DNA of 64,000 nucleotides from a virus. Numbering within the stretch: the first letter of the stretch is position 1; each line of letters begins with the position of its first letter. This document shows, piece by piece, positions 45,649 through 55,309 of this stretch. The position numbers were made by a program, and so were the translations under genes. The notes beneath the pieces are model-generated. The model did not search any database, was not told the DNA's origin, and saw only the letters and a program-made list of their open reading frames with translations. The DNA is taken from positions 32,001 to 96,000 of IMG/VR virus record IMGVR_UViG_3300044998_001357, one strand, 5' to 3'.

Positions 45649-47589
45649 ATGTCCTGGTTTCCGTTACACTGCCACTCTCATTTTTCCTTGCTGGATGGTC
45701 TATCGAAGCCGGAGCAAATTGCTCAACGAATCGAGGAATGCGGCTACGAAGGGTCAGCTCTTACCGACCATGGTACGGTGGCCGGCTGTCCCGGCTTTCT
45801 GAAGGTGATGCAAAAAAAGAAGAAGAAGGCCATTCTGGGTTGTGAATTCTACATCTGCCGGAACGACGCTACCCAGCGAACAGCGGAAAATGCCTCACTA
45901 AGCCATCTTTGCGTTTTGGCACGGACCAAGCAGGGTTGGAAAAATCTGATGCGTGCCTCGTCGGCGTCCTGTCGACCGGAGGTGTCGTATCGCAAGCCCC
46001 GCCTGGACCTGGAACGGCTCGCGAGCTACTCCCAAGGGCAGTTTATTGTTTTCTCCGGGCACCTGGGAAGCGACCTGGCCAATATCTGTTTCGAGCAACC
46101 CAAGGCGGCTTACAGTGTCCGCGACTACGAGTCGGCGCGGAGTCTGGTTCACAAGGATTGGAAGAATCGGGTGATGACAGAGATTCATCGCTATCAAACA
46201 CTCTTTGGCAAGGAAAATTTCTATCTGGAAATCCAGCTGGTGGACCAGAAGAACCTACCCGCCTCGTTGGTGGTCGCCCGAATTTTGCGTCACTGTGCTC
46301 AGCAGACCGGAACGCCGACCGTGGCCACGGCGGATAGTCACTACTGTCGCAAAGAAGACGCGGCTGACCAGCGTGTCTTGCTGTGTTCGGCCCTGGACAC
46401 CACCATGAAGGAAGTCTATCGCCGGCTGGAGCGAGAAGAGGATGTTCAGCTAGGTGCCTTTTTTCGTTCCAACAACTACCACATCCCCAGCCTGGAGGAA
46501 ATGCGTGACCTCCACGGCGACCACCCTGAGGAACTAGAGAACGCCTGCGAGATTGCTCGTCGCTGCGAAGATTACACCATGGGAGGCAAGCCACTGTTTC
46601 CCAGTTTTGTCTGCCCCGATGGGCTGACTCCCGACGCCTATCTGGAACAATGGTGTCGCGAGGGATGGAAAGAAAAAATTGCAGGGAAGGTTTCAAAAAC
46701 CGACCTACCCAAATACGAGGAGCGACTCTGGAACTTGGAGATGCCGGTTATTCGCGGTACCGAGGGTTTTCTGGCGAGCTACTTCTTGGTTAAGGCGGAC
46801 ATCATTCGTTATGCCAACCGCGACCTAGGAGTTATCACCGGCAAGGGGCGTGGTTCGGCCGCTGGTTGCCTGGTCTCCTACCTGACGGGTATCACCCGGG
46901 TCGACCCCATTCGCTACGACCTGATTTTTGAGCGATTCTACAACGCAGGTCGAAACTCCCCTGGACGTATCGCTCTGCCGGATATTGATTCGGACTTTCC
47001 CTTATCTGCCCGGGATAAGGTCATCCAGTACATTCGCGACAAGTACGGCTCGGACCGCGTGGCGCAGATGGTCACCTTCTCCCGCATGCAGGGTCGTGGG
47101 GCCTTAAAGGACGTTCTGCGGGCTCATGAGCGGTGCTCTTTTGATGAAATGAACCGTATCACCGAGCATATCCCCGACGAGGCGGAAATTGCCGACCAGC
47201 TACAGGAAATGCGTGAAGAAACCGGTGAAGCCAGTATTATTCAGTGGGCCTTGTTGCATAATGGCGACGCCCTGCGAGAATGGGTGACTCTCCGGGAAGA
47301 CGGCACGCTAGATGGCCCCCTGGCTCTGGATTTTGCCCAGGCAATTCGGCTGGAGGGGACCAAACGAAATATGGGCAAACACGCGTCGGGACTGATTCTC
47401 TGCTCAGAGCCTCTGGCGGACATTTGCCCGATGGTTTACGACAAGTCAACAGAAGAGATGGTTGTGGGGCTGGATATGCGTGATGCAGAGGAGGCTGGGT
47501 TGGTAAAGCTTGACCTTTTGGGTTTGCGGACACTGGAGTGTTTGAAGACCGCCACACAAATTGTTCGCACAGGGAAAATTGAAGAATGA
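45649..47589 (+). CDS. dnaE: DNA polymerase III alpha, N-terminal part (PHP, palm, thumb)
   Basis: LHCHSHFSLLDG, LTDHG, GRGSAAG, FERF, PDIDSDF, KHASG, ends KLDLLGL. Confidence 0.93.
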   Translation: MSWFPLHCHSHFSLLDGLSKPEQIAQRIEECGYEGSALTDHGTVAGCPGFLKVMQKKKKKAILGCEFYICRNDATQRTAENASLSHLCVLARTKQGWKNLMRASSASCRPEVSYRKPRLDLERLASYSQGQFIVFSGHLGSDLANICFEQPKAAYSVRDYESARSLVHKDWKNRVMTEIHRYQTLFGKENFYLEIQLVDQKNLPASLVVARILRHCAQQTGTPTVATADSHYCRKEDAADQRVLLCSALDTTMKEVYRRLEREEDVQLGAFFRSNNYHIPSLEEMRDLHGDHPEELENACEIARRCEDYTMGGKPLFPSFVCPDGLTPDAYLEQWCREGWKEKIAGKVSKTDLPKYEERLWNLEMPVIRGTEGFLASYFLVKADIIRYANRDLGVITGKGRGSAAGCLVSYLTGITRVDPIRYDLIFERFYNAGRNSPGRIALPDIDSDFPLSARDKVIQYIRDKYGSDRVAQMVTFSRMQGRGALKDVLRAHERCSFDEMNRITEHIPDEAEIADQLQEMREETGEASIIQWALLHNGDALREWVTLREDGTLDGPLALDFAQAIRLEGTKRNMGKHASGLILCSEPLADICPMVYDKSTEEMVVGLDMRDAEEAGLVKLDLLGLRTLECLKTATQIVRTGKIEE

Positions 47590-47870
47590 ACACAATCTGG
47601 ATTATTTCTCTAGGTGTACTGGTCGGAATGTGGTTCTGGTCCTTGATGACGATACTGTCGACTGGTTCTCTCGAAGAACACATCCTGGAACTGGTCGAGA
47701 AAGGTTTTGAAGTCACTCGTAATCACCAGCATATTTACAAAGATGCATACTCAAAGTACATTGTGCTCGTTTTCGATGTGAAATCAGAAGATTACACCCC
47801 GGATTGCTACAAATTTCGGGACGCAAAGCGGGCAATCAGACTTTTCATGATGCTATCTAAGGAGAACTAA
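47586..47870 (+). CDS. Small membrane-anchored protein
   Basis: ATGA overlap; N-terminal TM helix. Confidence 0.55.
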   Translation: MNTIWIISLGVLVGMWFWSLMTILSTGSLEEHILELVEKGFEVTRNHQHIYKDAYSKYIVLVFDVKSEDYTPDCYKFRDAKRAIRLFMMLSKEN

Positions 47871-47872
47871 AA

Positions 47873-48136
47873 ATGTACGCATGGCTCAAAAGTCTATTTT
47901 TCGGTAGCAAACCCGTGCCGGTCGAACCCGAGCAAGAGCGGGAGTTGTCGCTCATTTTTGATGCGTTTTGTGCGATTGTCGCCGAACGAGGACGAGACAA
48001 CAAGATGTTCGTCAGCTACAACTCACTTCACAAAATCATTGATAAGCAAATGTCAATTGGTTTTAGTGCTGTTGAGGACGGGTTGTGGGTTCGCGTTTTT
48101 GAAAGCGATGAATCATCGGAAGAGAATCAGATATGA
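47873..48136 (+). CDS. Hypothetical protein
   Basis: AAGGAG RBS. Confidence 0.55.
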   Translation: MYAWLKSLFFGSKPVPVEPEQERELSLIFDAFCAIVAERGRDNKMFVSYNSLHKIIDKQMSIGFSAVEDGLWVRVFESDESSEENQI

Positions 48137-48217
48137 TTGGTGTTCAACTGTGGTGTGGTTACAAGCCGGTCCTGTTTTTCTTTTGGGGGAACGGCTTGTT
48201 CACTGAGATTCTTTGTA

Positions 48218-48886
48218 ATGAACAAGGCTGATATTATCGTTTTTGACTTCGAAACAGGCGGCCTGGACCCCAATTTCCACGAAGCGATTCAGATTGCCGG
48301 TAAGGCGTATAATTGCCGCACTCTTGAACCCTACCCGGCAGAGGAGGGTGGTGAGTTCTGCTCACTGATGAAACCGCTCTACTTTGACCGTCTCAACGAT
48401 AAGGCGCTTGCGGTCAACGGTAAGACGCGCGAGATGCTAAAGGCCGCTCCCGACCAGAAGGTGGTCTGGAACCATTTTGTTGAGTGGGTCATGCGGTTCA
48501 ACAAAAACCGCAATACCTTTACCGCTCCCTTAGCAGCCGGGAAAAACATCCGGAACTTTGACCTTAAGTTTGTGGAGGTGTTGAACAGGCTACATTGCCC
48601 AAAAAAGGAAAAGACCATTCTGTTTAACCCCCGAATCCATGTGGAGCTTGAAGATATTATCTTTATGTGGTTTGAGAATGAAAAAAATCCTGAGAAGTGG
48701 AACATGGATGCGCTTCGAGACTACTTTGGGATGTCGAAGAACAATGCTCACGACGCATTGCAGGACTGTCGCGATACTGGAGAGGTTATTGTCCGCTTTT
48801 TGAAGCTTCACCGCAAGCTGCAATCAATGAAAGCAAAAGACGGAAGTCCAATGATTAAGTTTAAGGGGTCGCTAGCCAAGGCATAA
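48218..48886 (+). CDS. DEDDh 3'-5' exonuclease (DnaQ/epsilon-like)
   Basis: VFDFETGG, KNIRNFDL, AHDALQD. Confidence 0.88.
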   Translation: MNKADIIVFDFETGGLDPNFHEAIQIAGKAYNCRTLEPYPAEEGGEFCSLMKPLYFDRLNDKALAVNGKTREMLKAAPDQKVVWNHFVEWVMRFNKNRNTFTAPLAAGKNIRNFDLKFVEVLNRLHCPKKEKTILFNPRIHVELEDIIFMWFENEKNPEKWNMDALRDYFGMSKNNAHDALQDCRDTGEVIVRFLKLHRKLQSMKAKDGSPMIKFKGSLAKA

Positions 48887-48925
48887 TGCGATTTGTTGTA
48901 TATCTAAATTAATTTGGAGTTGGCG

Positions 48926-50584
48926 ATGCAATACTTTCAGTTTCCCTGTGGCTGTCGCTGGCCGGTGATTGGTCCCCCTGCGGTCGAAGGGGGCCTTCCC
49001 TTGCTTGATTTTGATGCCGAAAAAATCCCGGAGGACTGCTCAGCTACATGGGCGCTTCTGGGACGTGGTGAAACCAAGGGGGTTTTTCAGCTGGAAAGTC
49101 AGCTGGGAAAGGTTTGGACCAAGAAACTGGCACCAGAAAACCTTGAGCATATCACAGCCCTGGGGGCTATTCTCAGGCCGGGATGCCTCAAGGCCATGGA
49201 CAAGGACGGCATCTCCATGACGGAGCACTACTGCCTGCGCAAAAAAGGGCAGGAAGAGGTGAAGTCCTACCACCCGGCCATCGACCCCATCTTGTTTCCC
49301 ACCTACAACATTCTGGTCTACCAGGAACAGGCCATGGCCATTGCCCGGGCGGTTGCCGGCTTTGACATGCAACAGGCCGACACACTCCGGAAAGCCATCG
49401 GTAAAAAATTGCCCGAAGAAATGGTCAAATGCAAGAAGCTATTCATGGAAGGGGCGCAAAAGGCCGGAATCATCTCGCAGGAGATGGCCCAGGAGGTATT
49501 TGGTTGGATTGAGAAATCGCAAAGGTACTCCTTCAACAAATCACACGCATGTTGTTATGGGCTGACGGGTTATGAGTGTGCCTACATCAAGGCACATTTC
49601 CCGCTCGCTTTCTTTACCTCATGGCTCTACAACGCCCGGCACAAACAAGACCCCCGTCAGGAGATTGCCGAGCTTGTTTCGGATGCCAAGCTCTTCAAAA
49701 TCGAGGTGGAAGGCCCCGACCTGCGCTCCTTCGAGCAACACTTCCATACCGATGGCAAGGTGATTCGCTTTGGCATTTCCGACATCAAGGGCGTGGGGCC
49801 GTCTGGGGCAACAAAGATTCGCGAGGCCATCGAGACAGCAACCCAACGCCTGGGTAAACCGATTTCGCAGTGGACCTGGTCTGACTTTCTTTATCACTGC
49901 TCGTCATCCATCTACAGCAGTGTGATGGTTCGGCTCATTGAAGTGGGGGCTCTGCGCTGGTTGGGTCGAGCCCGACAGGAGCTTCTGGCCGACTACCGGG
50001 TGTTTAACGAACTCACCGACAAGGAGAAGGAATGGTTTACCAACCCAGGGACTCCCGACTGCTTTCTTGAGGCGCTTACTCTCGCAGCCCGGGACAAAAA
50101 GCAGGGGGGTGCCTGCAGTACCAAGAAGCGCGTGGAGGTTCTCCAGAGTCACCTCAGCATGCTCAAGAACCCGCCTAGCCGTTTATGGGATAGCCCCCAG
50201 TGGGTTGCTTACTGCGAGGAGGAACACCTGGGTTTGAGTCTTAGCTGCTCCCGGATGGATTCCTGTGATATCTCGGCAGTGAACTGCTCGCTGAGCGAGT
50301 ATATCTCGGGACGAACCGGCTTTATGGTCTTTGGGGTGGAGGTACGGGCAGTCCGAGAGATTACAACCCGCAAAGGCAAAAACCCCGGACAGAAGATGGC
50401 CTTCTTGACGCTGGCTGATAGTAGCTGCATGTTCGACGAGGTGGTGTGCTTCCCCGAAGAATGGAAGCAGTACTCCCATCTGCTAAATCAGGGAAATCTG
50501 GTGATTTTGCAAGCAGAGCGAGACCACAAGAAAGGCTCTTCGACCATGCTGGTGAAAAAAGTCTGGCAAGCAGTACAGAAGTAA
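48926..50584 (+). CDS. dnaE: DNA polymerase III alpha, C-terminal part (fingers, HhH, OB)
   Basis: TKGVFQLES, LRPG, LVYQEQ, ADTLRKAIGKK, YSFNKSHA, IRFGISDIKGVG, OB-fold MAFLTL.D. Confidence 0.93.
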   Translation: MQYFQFPCGCRWPVIGPPAVEGGLPLLDFDAEKIPEDCSATWALLGRGETKGVFQLESQLGKVWTKKLAPENLEHITALGAILRPGCLKAMDKDGISMTEHYCLRKKGQEEVKSYHPAIDPILFPTYNILVYQEQAMAIARAVAGFDMQQADTLRKAIGKKLPEEMVKCKKLFMEGAQKAGIISQEMAQEVFGWIEKSQRYSFNKSHACCYGLTGYECAYIKAHFPLAFFTSWLYNARHKQDPRQEIAELVSDAKLFKIEVEGPDLRSFEQHFHTDGKVIRFGISDIKGVGPSGATKIREAIETATQRLGKPISQWTWSDFLYHCSSSIYSSVMVRLIEVGALRWLGRARQELLADYRVFNELTDKEKEWFTNPGTPDCFLEALTLAARDKKQGGACSTKKRVEVLQSHLSMLKNPPSRLWDSPQWVAYCEEEHLGLSLSCSRMDSCDISAVNCSLSEYISGRTGFMVFGVEVRAVREITTRKGKNPGQKMAFLTLADSSCMFDEVVCFPEEWKQYSHLLNQGNLVILQAERDHKKGSSTMLVKKVWQAVQK

Positions 50585-50640
50585 AGTCAGAACCGGGAGT
50601 AGAAACGTATAGTACGTAAACATCATTTGGCGGAGGTTTT

Positions 50641-51066
50641 ATGAATCAGTGTCACTTCATGGGCTATCTGACCGGCGACCCCGAGCTTCGAAATCTAAAG
50701 AACGACAAGAAAGTGGTCAGCTTCACCGTCGCGGTAAACCGCCGCTATAAACGGGGTGAAGAGACGGTCCAGGAGACCGCCTTTCTTCCCTGCGAGGCCT
50801 GGGATTCCGGGGCAACCCTGATTGTTAATAGCTTCAAGAAGGGCGACCCTATTATTGTCCATGGCAGCATCAAGCAGGACAACTGGGAAACCGCCGATGG
50901 GGAGAAGCGTTCCCGTCTGAAGCTCCGTGTGGTGAGTTTTGAATACCTGCCCCGCTCCTCGGAAAAGAACCAGAAAACCAAAAAGGAATCGGCAAAGTCT
51001 GAGTCCAAACTGGACGATGAGCCCGGCGTGTCGTTTGAGGGCGGCGAAGACGACATTCCTTTCTAA
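50641..51066 (+). CDS. ssb: Single-stranded DNA-binding protein
   Basis: GYLTGDPELR, FTVAVNR, C-terminal DDIPF. Confidence 0.95.
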   Translation: MNQCHFMGYLTGDPELRNLKNDKKVVSFTVAVNRRYKRGEETVQETAFLPCEAWDSGATLIVNSFKKGDPIIVHGSIKQDNWETADGEKRSRLKLRVVSFEYLPRSSEKNQKTKKESAKSESKLDDEPGVSFEGGEDDIPF

Positions 51067-51080
51067 TCTGGGTGGGTTTG

Positions 51081-52712
51081 ATGAAAAGGATTCTCTGGTG
51101 TGGCGAAAGCTCGTTCCTAAACACGGGCTTCGCCACGTATTCACATGAGATACTTACACGATTGCATAATACAGGTAAGTATGAGATTATGGAACTGGGA
51201 AGCTATGGGCCATTCGGCGACCCCAGGGCGCACGAACTACCCTGGCTTTACCGAAGCGTGATGCCCGACCCCGGTCAGCCCGCTTTGGTGGAATCCTACT
51301 ACTCCCAGCCAACCTACCAGTTTGGCGAGTGGTGTTTTGAGCAAACCTGTCTGGATTTTTGTCCGGATATCGTGGCAGATGTGCGTGACTGGTGGATGTG
51401 TGAATATCAAGCACGTTCACCGTTTCGCGACAAGTTTTTCCATGTTTTGATGCCGACCGTGGATGCGCTACCCCAGGATGAGCAGTGGATGGCCACCTAC
51501 CTGTCTACAGACGCTCTGTTGACCTACTCCGACTGGGGGGCCGAGGTTCTGCTGAGCCAATCCAACGGGCTGGCTCCGATTCGTGGTTCCGCACCGCCGG
51601 CCGCAGACATGGAGGTGTTCTCGCCGGTTCCCGACAAAAGACAGCACCGCACCCAACTGGGGATTGACCCGGACTGCTTCATTATTGGTACGGTGATGCG
51701 CAATCAGAAGCGAAAGCTTTATCCCGACCTGATTGACGCCTATGTACGGTTTCTGAAAAACGCTCCGGAGTCCATTGCCAGGAAAACCTTTCTTTATCTG
51801 CACACCAGTTTCCCGGACGTGGGCTGGGATATACCACGACTGATTCAGGAAAATGGCGTCGCTTCTCGTTGTGTGTTCACCTACCACTGCCGTTCCTGTA
51901 GAGCCACCTTCCCGAGTTTTTATCAGGATGCTCGTACCTACTGTCGTCGTTGTGGCCGGCAAACCGCCACGCTTCCCAACTCGCACGAGGGAGTGAGTCG
52001 AGAAACGCTGGCGAAGATTCTGAACCTATTTGACTGCTACGTGCAATACGCCAATTCTGAGGGGTTTGGTATGCCTCAGGTGGAGGCAGCCGCCTGCGGA
52101 GTGCCGGTTTTCGCGACGGACTACTCGGCCATGAGCGATGTGGTTCGAAAACTGGAAGGTTACCCGGTCAGGCTACTTCATCTTCTCCGGGAAAGTGAAA
52201 CGCACTGCCTGCGTGCGATTCCCGATAACGCGCATTTGGCCGAGCAACTCATCGCATTTTTCTCCCTGCCGCTGCCGGTTCGTAGCGCCAAGAGGTATGC
52301 AACCCGGAGGGCAGCCGCCAGACACTTCAGCTACGACCGCTCGGCTCAGGTATGGATGGAGGTTTTTGATGGTGTCCAACCCACACGGATGTGGCAAGAA
52401 CCAATAATGCTGTCCCAGGCGGAGCCCTTTGCCCCCCAGGCCGACAACGCCTCCTTTGTTCGCTGGGCCCTAACTCATGTGGCCCGGCGACCCGACCTGG
52501 TGTCGAGTTTTCTGGCTATGCGAATGGTGCGCGACCTCAACTGGGGTTCCACCATGCCGGGAATGGGCGGTCTGTACTTCAACGAGTCCTCAACCCTGGG
52601 CACCCAGCAGCGATTTCAGACCTTCACGCAAGAAGATTGTTATAACGAGTGTCTAAATATGCTGACACTCAAGAATCATTGGGAAGCCAAACGTATGGAG
52701 GCTAAAAATTAA
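51081..52712 (+). CDS. GT4 glycosyltransferase with inserted Zn ribbon
   Basis: RNQKRK, CRSC..CRRC, SEGFGMPQVEAAACG. Confidence 0.88.
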   Translation: MKRILWCGESSFLNTGFATYSHEILTRLHNTGKYEIMELGSYGPFGDPRAHELPWLYRSVMPDPGQPALVESYYSQPTYQFGEWCFEQTCLDFCPDIVADVRDWWMCEYQARSPFRDKFFHVLMPTVDALPQDEQWMATYLSTDALLTYSDWGAEVLLSQSNGLAPIRGSAPPAADMEVFSPVPDKRQHRTQLGIDPDCFIIGTVMRNQKRKLYPDLIDAYVRFLKNAPESIARKTFLYLHTSFPDVGWDIPRLIQENGVASRCVFTYHCRSCRATFPSFYQDARTYCRRCGRQTATLPNSHEGVSRETLAKILNLFDCYVQYANSEGFGMPQVEAAACGVPVFATDYSAMSDVVRKLEGYPVRLLHLLRESETHCLRAIPDNAHLAEQLIAFFSLPLPVRSAKRYATRRAAARHFSYDRSAQVWMEVFDGVQPTRMWQEPIMLSQAEPFAPQADNASFVRWALTHVARRPDLVSSFLAMRMVRDLNWGSTMPGMGGLYFNESSTLGTQQRFQTFTQEDCYNECLNMLTLKNHWEAKRMEAKN

Positions 52713-53814
52713 AGTTCTCTATATTGGTGTCTATCGGGACAATACAGGTTGGGCTCAAGCCGCCCTGGATAACATTCATGCCTTAGACCGCTCGGGTGCC
52801 CAGGTCGTGCCGCGAGCGGTTAAGCTCAACCGCGAAAAGCCCCAGTTGCCGGCCCGGGTCGCTGAGCTTGAGGGTCGCTCCTCGCGGGGGTGCGATGTCG
52901 TCGTCCAGCACCTATTGCCCCACCAGATGGATAGAAATGGTCGGATGCGCAACATCGGACTGTTTTACAGCGAGACCAGCGATTTTCGTGCTTCAAGCTG
53001 GACGGAACACCTCAACCAGATGGACAAGGTGCTTGTTGCGAACCGCCAACAAAAGGAAGCCTGTCTGGTCTCGGGTGTTCGTGCGCCCATCGAGGTGGTT
53101 CCCTGTGCCTTTGATATGGAAAAGTATGCCCGGGCTTACTCCCAGCTAACGGCCCTGCAGCCCTACAAGCAAAGAGGCGATTTTTTGTTTTATACGGTGG
53201 GTGAGATGGTCAGACGCAAGAATCTCAGCGCGCTTCTTAAAGCGTTTCATCTGGAGTTCGAGGTTTCCGAACCGGTTCAGCTGGTGATTAAATCCAATGT
53301 TCCAGGAGAGGGCGAACAAGAATCAAAGAAACATCTTGAGGCGTTTTGTACCAAAATACGAGAAGGTCTCAAGCTGCACCACACCAAACCGGAAATCCTT
53401 TTGCCCCAGCGGTTTACCACCGAAGGGATGATGCGGCTGCACGCCACTTGTGATTGTTTTGTTTTACCCAGCTACGGCGAGGCTTGGTCCCTGCCGGCCT
53501 TTGACGCCATGGCCATGGGCAAAACCCCCATTGTGACTGCGTGTACCGGCTTTCTGGATTATCTGAGCGACTCAGAGGGATGGATGGTGCCCTGGCAGGC
53601 TGAACCGGTGTTTGGCGAAAAGGGTTTTGGCGACCTGTTTACCGGTCATGAAACTTGGTGTAGTGTGAACATTCCCGAATTACGCCGAGCGATGCGAGAA
53701 GCCTACGAAAACCGGGATTTACGAGCAAAGAAGGCGGCGGCAGGGAAGCGGCGGCGTTACGATTTCGCTTACGAGACGGTTGGGCCACGCCTATTACGCG
53801 CGATGGGTGTATAG
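52708..53814 (+). CDS. GT4 glycosyltransferase, ATT start
   Basis: GGAGG 6 nt before ATT; (M)KVLYIGVYRDNTGWAQAA; RRKNL, GEAWSLPAFDAMAMG. Confidence 0.85.
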   Translation: MKVLYIGVYRDNTGWAQAALDNIHALDRSGAQVVPRAVKLNREKPQLPARVAELEGRSSRGCDVVVQHLLPHQMDRNGRMRNIGLFYSETSDFRASSWTEHLNQMDKVLVANRQQKEACLVSGVRAPIEVVPCAFDMEKYARAYSQLTALQPYKQRGDFLFYTVGEMVRRKNLSALLKAFHLEFEVSEPVQLVIKSNVPGEGEQESKKHLEAFCTKIREGLKLHHTKPEILLPQRFTTEGMMRLHATCDCFVLPSYGEAWSLPAFDAMAMGKTPIVTACTGFLDYLSDSEGWMVPWQAEPVFGEKGFGDLFTGHETWCSVNIPELRRAMREAYENRDLRAKKAAAGKRRRYDFAYETVGPRLLRAMGV

Positions 53815-53853
53815 GCGATTGGTTCGAAATCACCTCCTGGTCGGGAGCGTACT

Positions 53854-54798
53854 ATGAGTAAGCGAGAACGTGAACGGCACTGGACCCACCTGCGTGATGA
53901 ATCTATTACCGGGCTTTTTAAGTCAAAAATCACCCCCAAAACAACCAATCAACAACGATACATAAAAGCGCTTGAGAGTTCCACGGTAACGATTTGTACC
54001 GGCCCGGCAGGAACAGGAAAAACCTACCTGGCCTGTGCGATAGCCGCCAACCTCTTTCGGGAACATAAAATCGAGCAAATCATTCTCACTCGACCCATTG
54101 TGGGTTGTGATGAGAAAATGGGCGACCTGCCCGGCTCGTTGCTCGAAAAGGTTTCCGAAGATATGCAGCCCATGCTCGATGCCATGCGAGAGTTTTTTTC
54201 CAAACAGGAGGTCGAGAAGATGCTCCTGGAAGAGAAGCTTCTGGTCGTCCCCTTCAGCAAGATGCGCGGCCGGACCTTCAAGCGCTCCTTTGTTGTTCTC
54301 GACGAGGCTCAGAACACCACCTTTCGTCAGATAAAGATGTTTCTCACTCGACTGGGTGAGAAAAGCCGGATGGCGATTTGTGGCGACCATACGCAGAGCG
54401 ACCTGCCCAATCGTGGTGAGAACGCCTTGCTTGAGGTGATTCAGCGTTTCCGGGACCGTTGTCATGCGAGCATCTCGATTGTGGCCCTGGGACGCGAGGA
54501 TATTGTTCGCCACGAACTCATTCGGTGGATGGATGAGCGATTGAGCGATTCGGTAACCTACGCGCCTCAACAAGAGCTTCCCAAAGAAGCTTCTGAGGAA
54601 GATGAGTGTCTGGTCAAGTGCCCCGAGTGTCATAGCACCCTTGCCTGCGACCCTGTTGTTCAGGAGCATCCAGACCCCCTAGTGGAGTGCTGGAATTGTC
54701 AGGTCTGTATCCAGTTGCTGGATGAAGAGGGGGAGTATGACCCCCTGGCTGTGGATGAGGTTCCTCAGTTTATCTCGCGAGTACCCAAAGATGTCTAA
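53854..54798 (+). CDS. phoH: PhoH-family ATPase with C-terminal Zn ribbon
   Basis: GPAGTGKT, RGRTF, LDEAQN, TRLGE, GDHTQSD, DIVRH. Confidence 0.93.
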   Translation: MSKRERERHWTHLRDESITGLFKSKITPKTTNQQRYIKALESSTVTICTGPAGTGKTYLACAIAANLFREHKIEQIILTRPIVGCDEKMGDLPGSLLEKVSEDMQPMLDAMREFFSKQEVEKMLLEEKLLVVPFSKMRGRTFKRSFVVLDEAQNTTFRQIKMFLTRLGEKSRMAICGDHTQSDLPNRGENALLEVIQRFRDRCHASISIVALGREDIVRHELIRWMDERLSDSVTYAPQQELPKEASEEDECLVKCPECHSTLACDPVVQEHPDPLVECWNCQVCIQLLDEEGEYDPLAVDEVPQFISRVPKDV

Positions 54799-55204
54799 CT
54801 GGTTTCGTCCCGCCCCGGCACCCACACCACCTGGGCCTCAGGTTCGAGCGGAACTGGTTTTCGCTCACAATCTTCGACGACGCACCCCCCTGGTGGAGAA
54901 TCAGCAACTCCATCAGGCAGCCCAGAACCACGCCACACAAATGGCTCGTCTGGGCCGGCTGAGCCACATCGGCCCTGGCGGTAGCACTGTACGCTCTCGA
55001 GCAGCCCAGGCGGGCTACATTGGACAAATGCTGGGAGAAAATATCGCATTTGGACAAAGGACAGTTAGCGAAGTTATGGCTTCGTGGATGGGAAGCCCCG
55101 GACACCGAAGAAACATCGAGGCGGACTTCCGTGATATCGGCGTAGGTATCGCATTTGATGCTAACGGAAGAATTTACTGGTGTGTTGTTTTTGGAAGGAG
55201 ATAA
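54791..55204 (+). CDS. CAP/SCP domain protein
   Basis: AHNLRR, AAQNHA, LSH, GENIAFG, WMGSPGHRRNI, YWCVVFG. Confidence 0.88.
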   Translation: MSNWFRPAPAPTPPGPQVRAELVFAHNLRRRTPLVENQQLHQAAQNHATQMARLGRLSHIGPGGSTVRSRAAQAGYIGQMLGENIAFGQRTVSEVMASWMGSPGHRRNIEADFRDIGVGIAFDANGRIYWCVVFGRR

Positions 55205-55309
55205 TATACAACGAGGCTCCTTGTTTTTCAGCATTGGTCTGCCCTCGCTCGTATGTGGACCTGCTTCCGGCGTTTAATCTATGACAACCATATTTAATTG
55301 AGTGATGTA

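Noticed and set aside
47500-49000. Split intein joining the DnaE halves
   Set aside because: No N-intein (C-start, block B) or C-intein (HN/GN plus C/S/T) motifs at the fragment ends.
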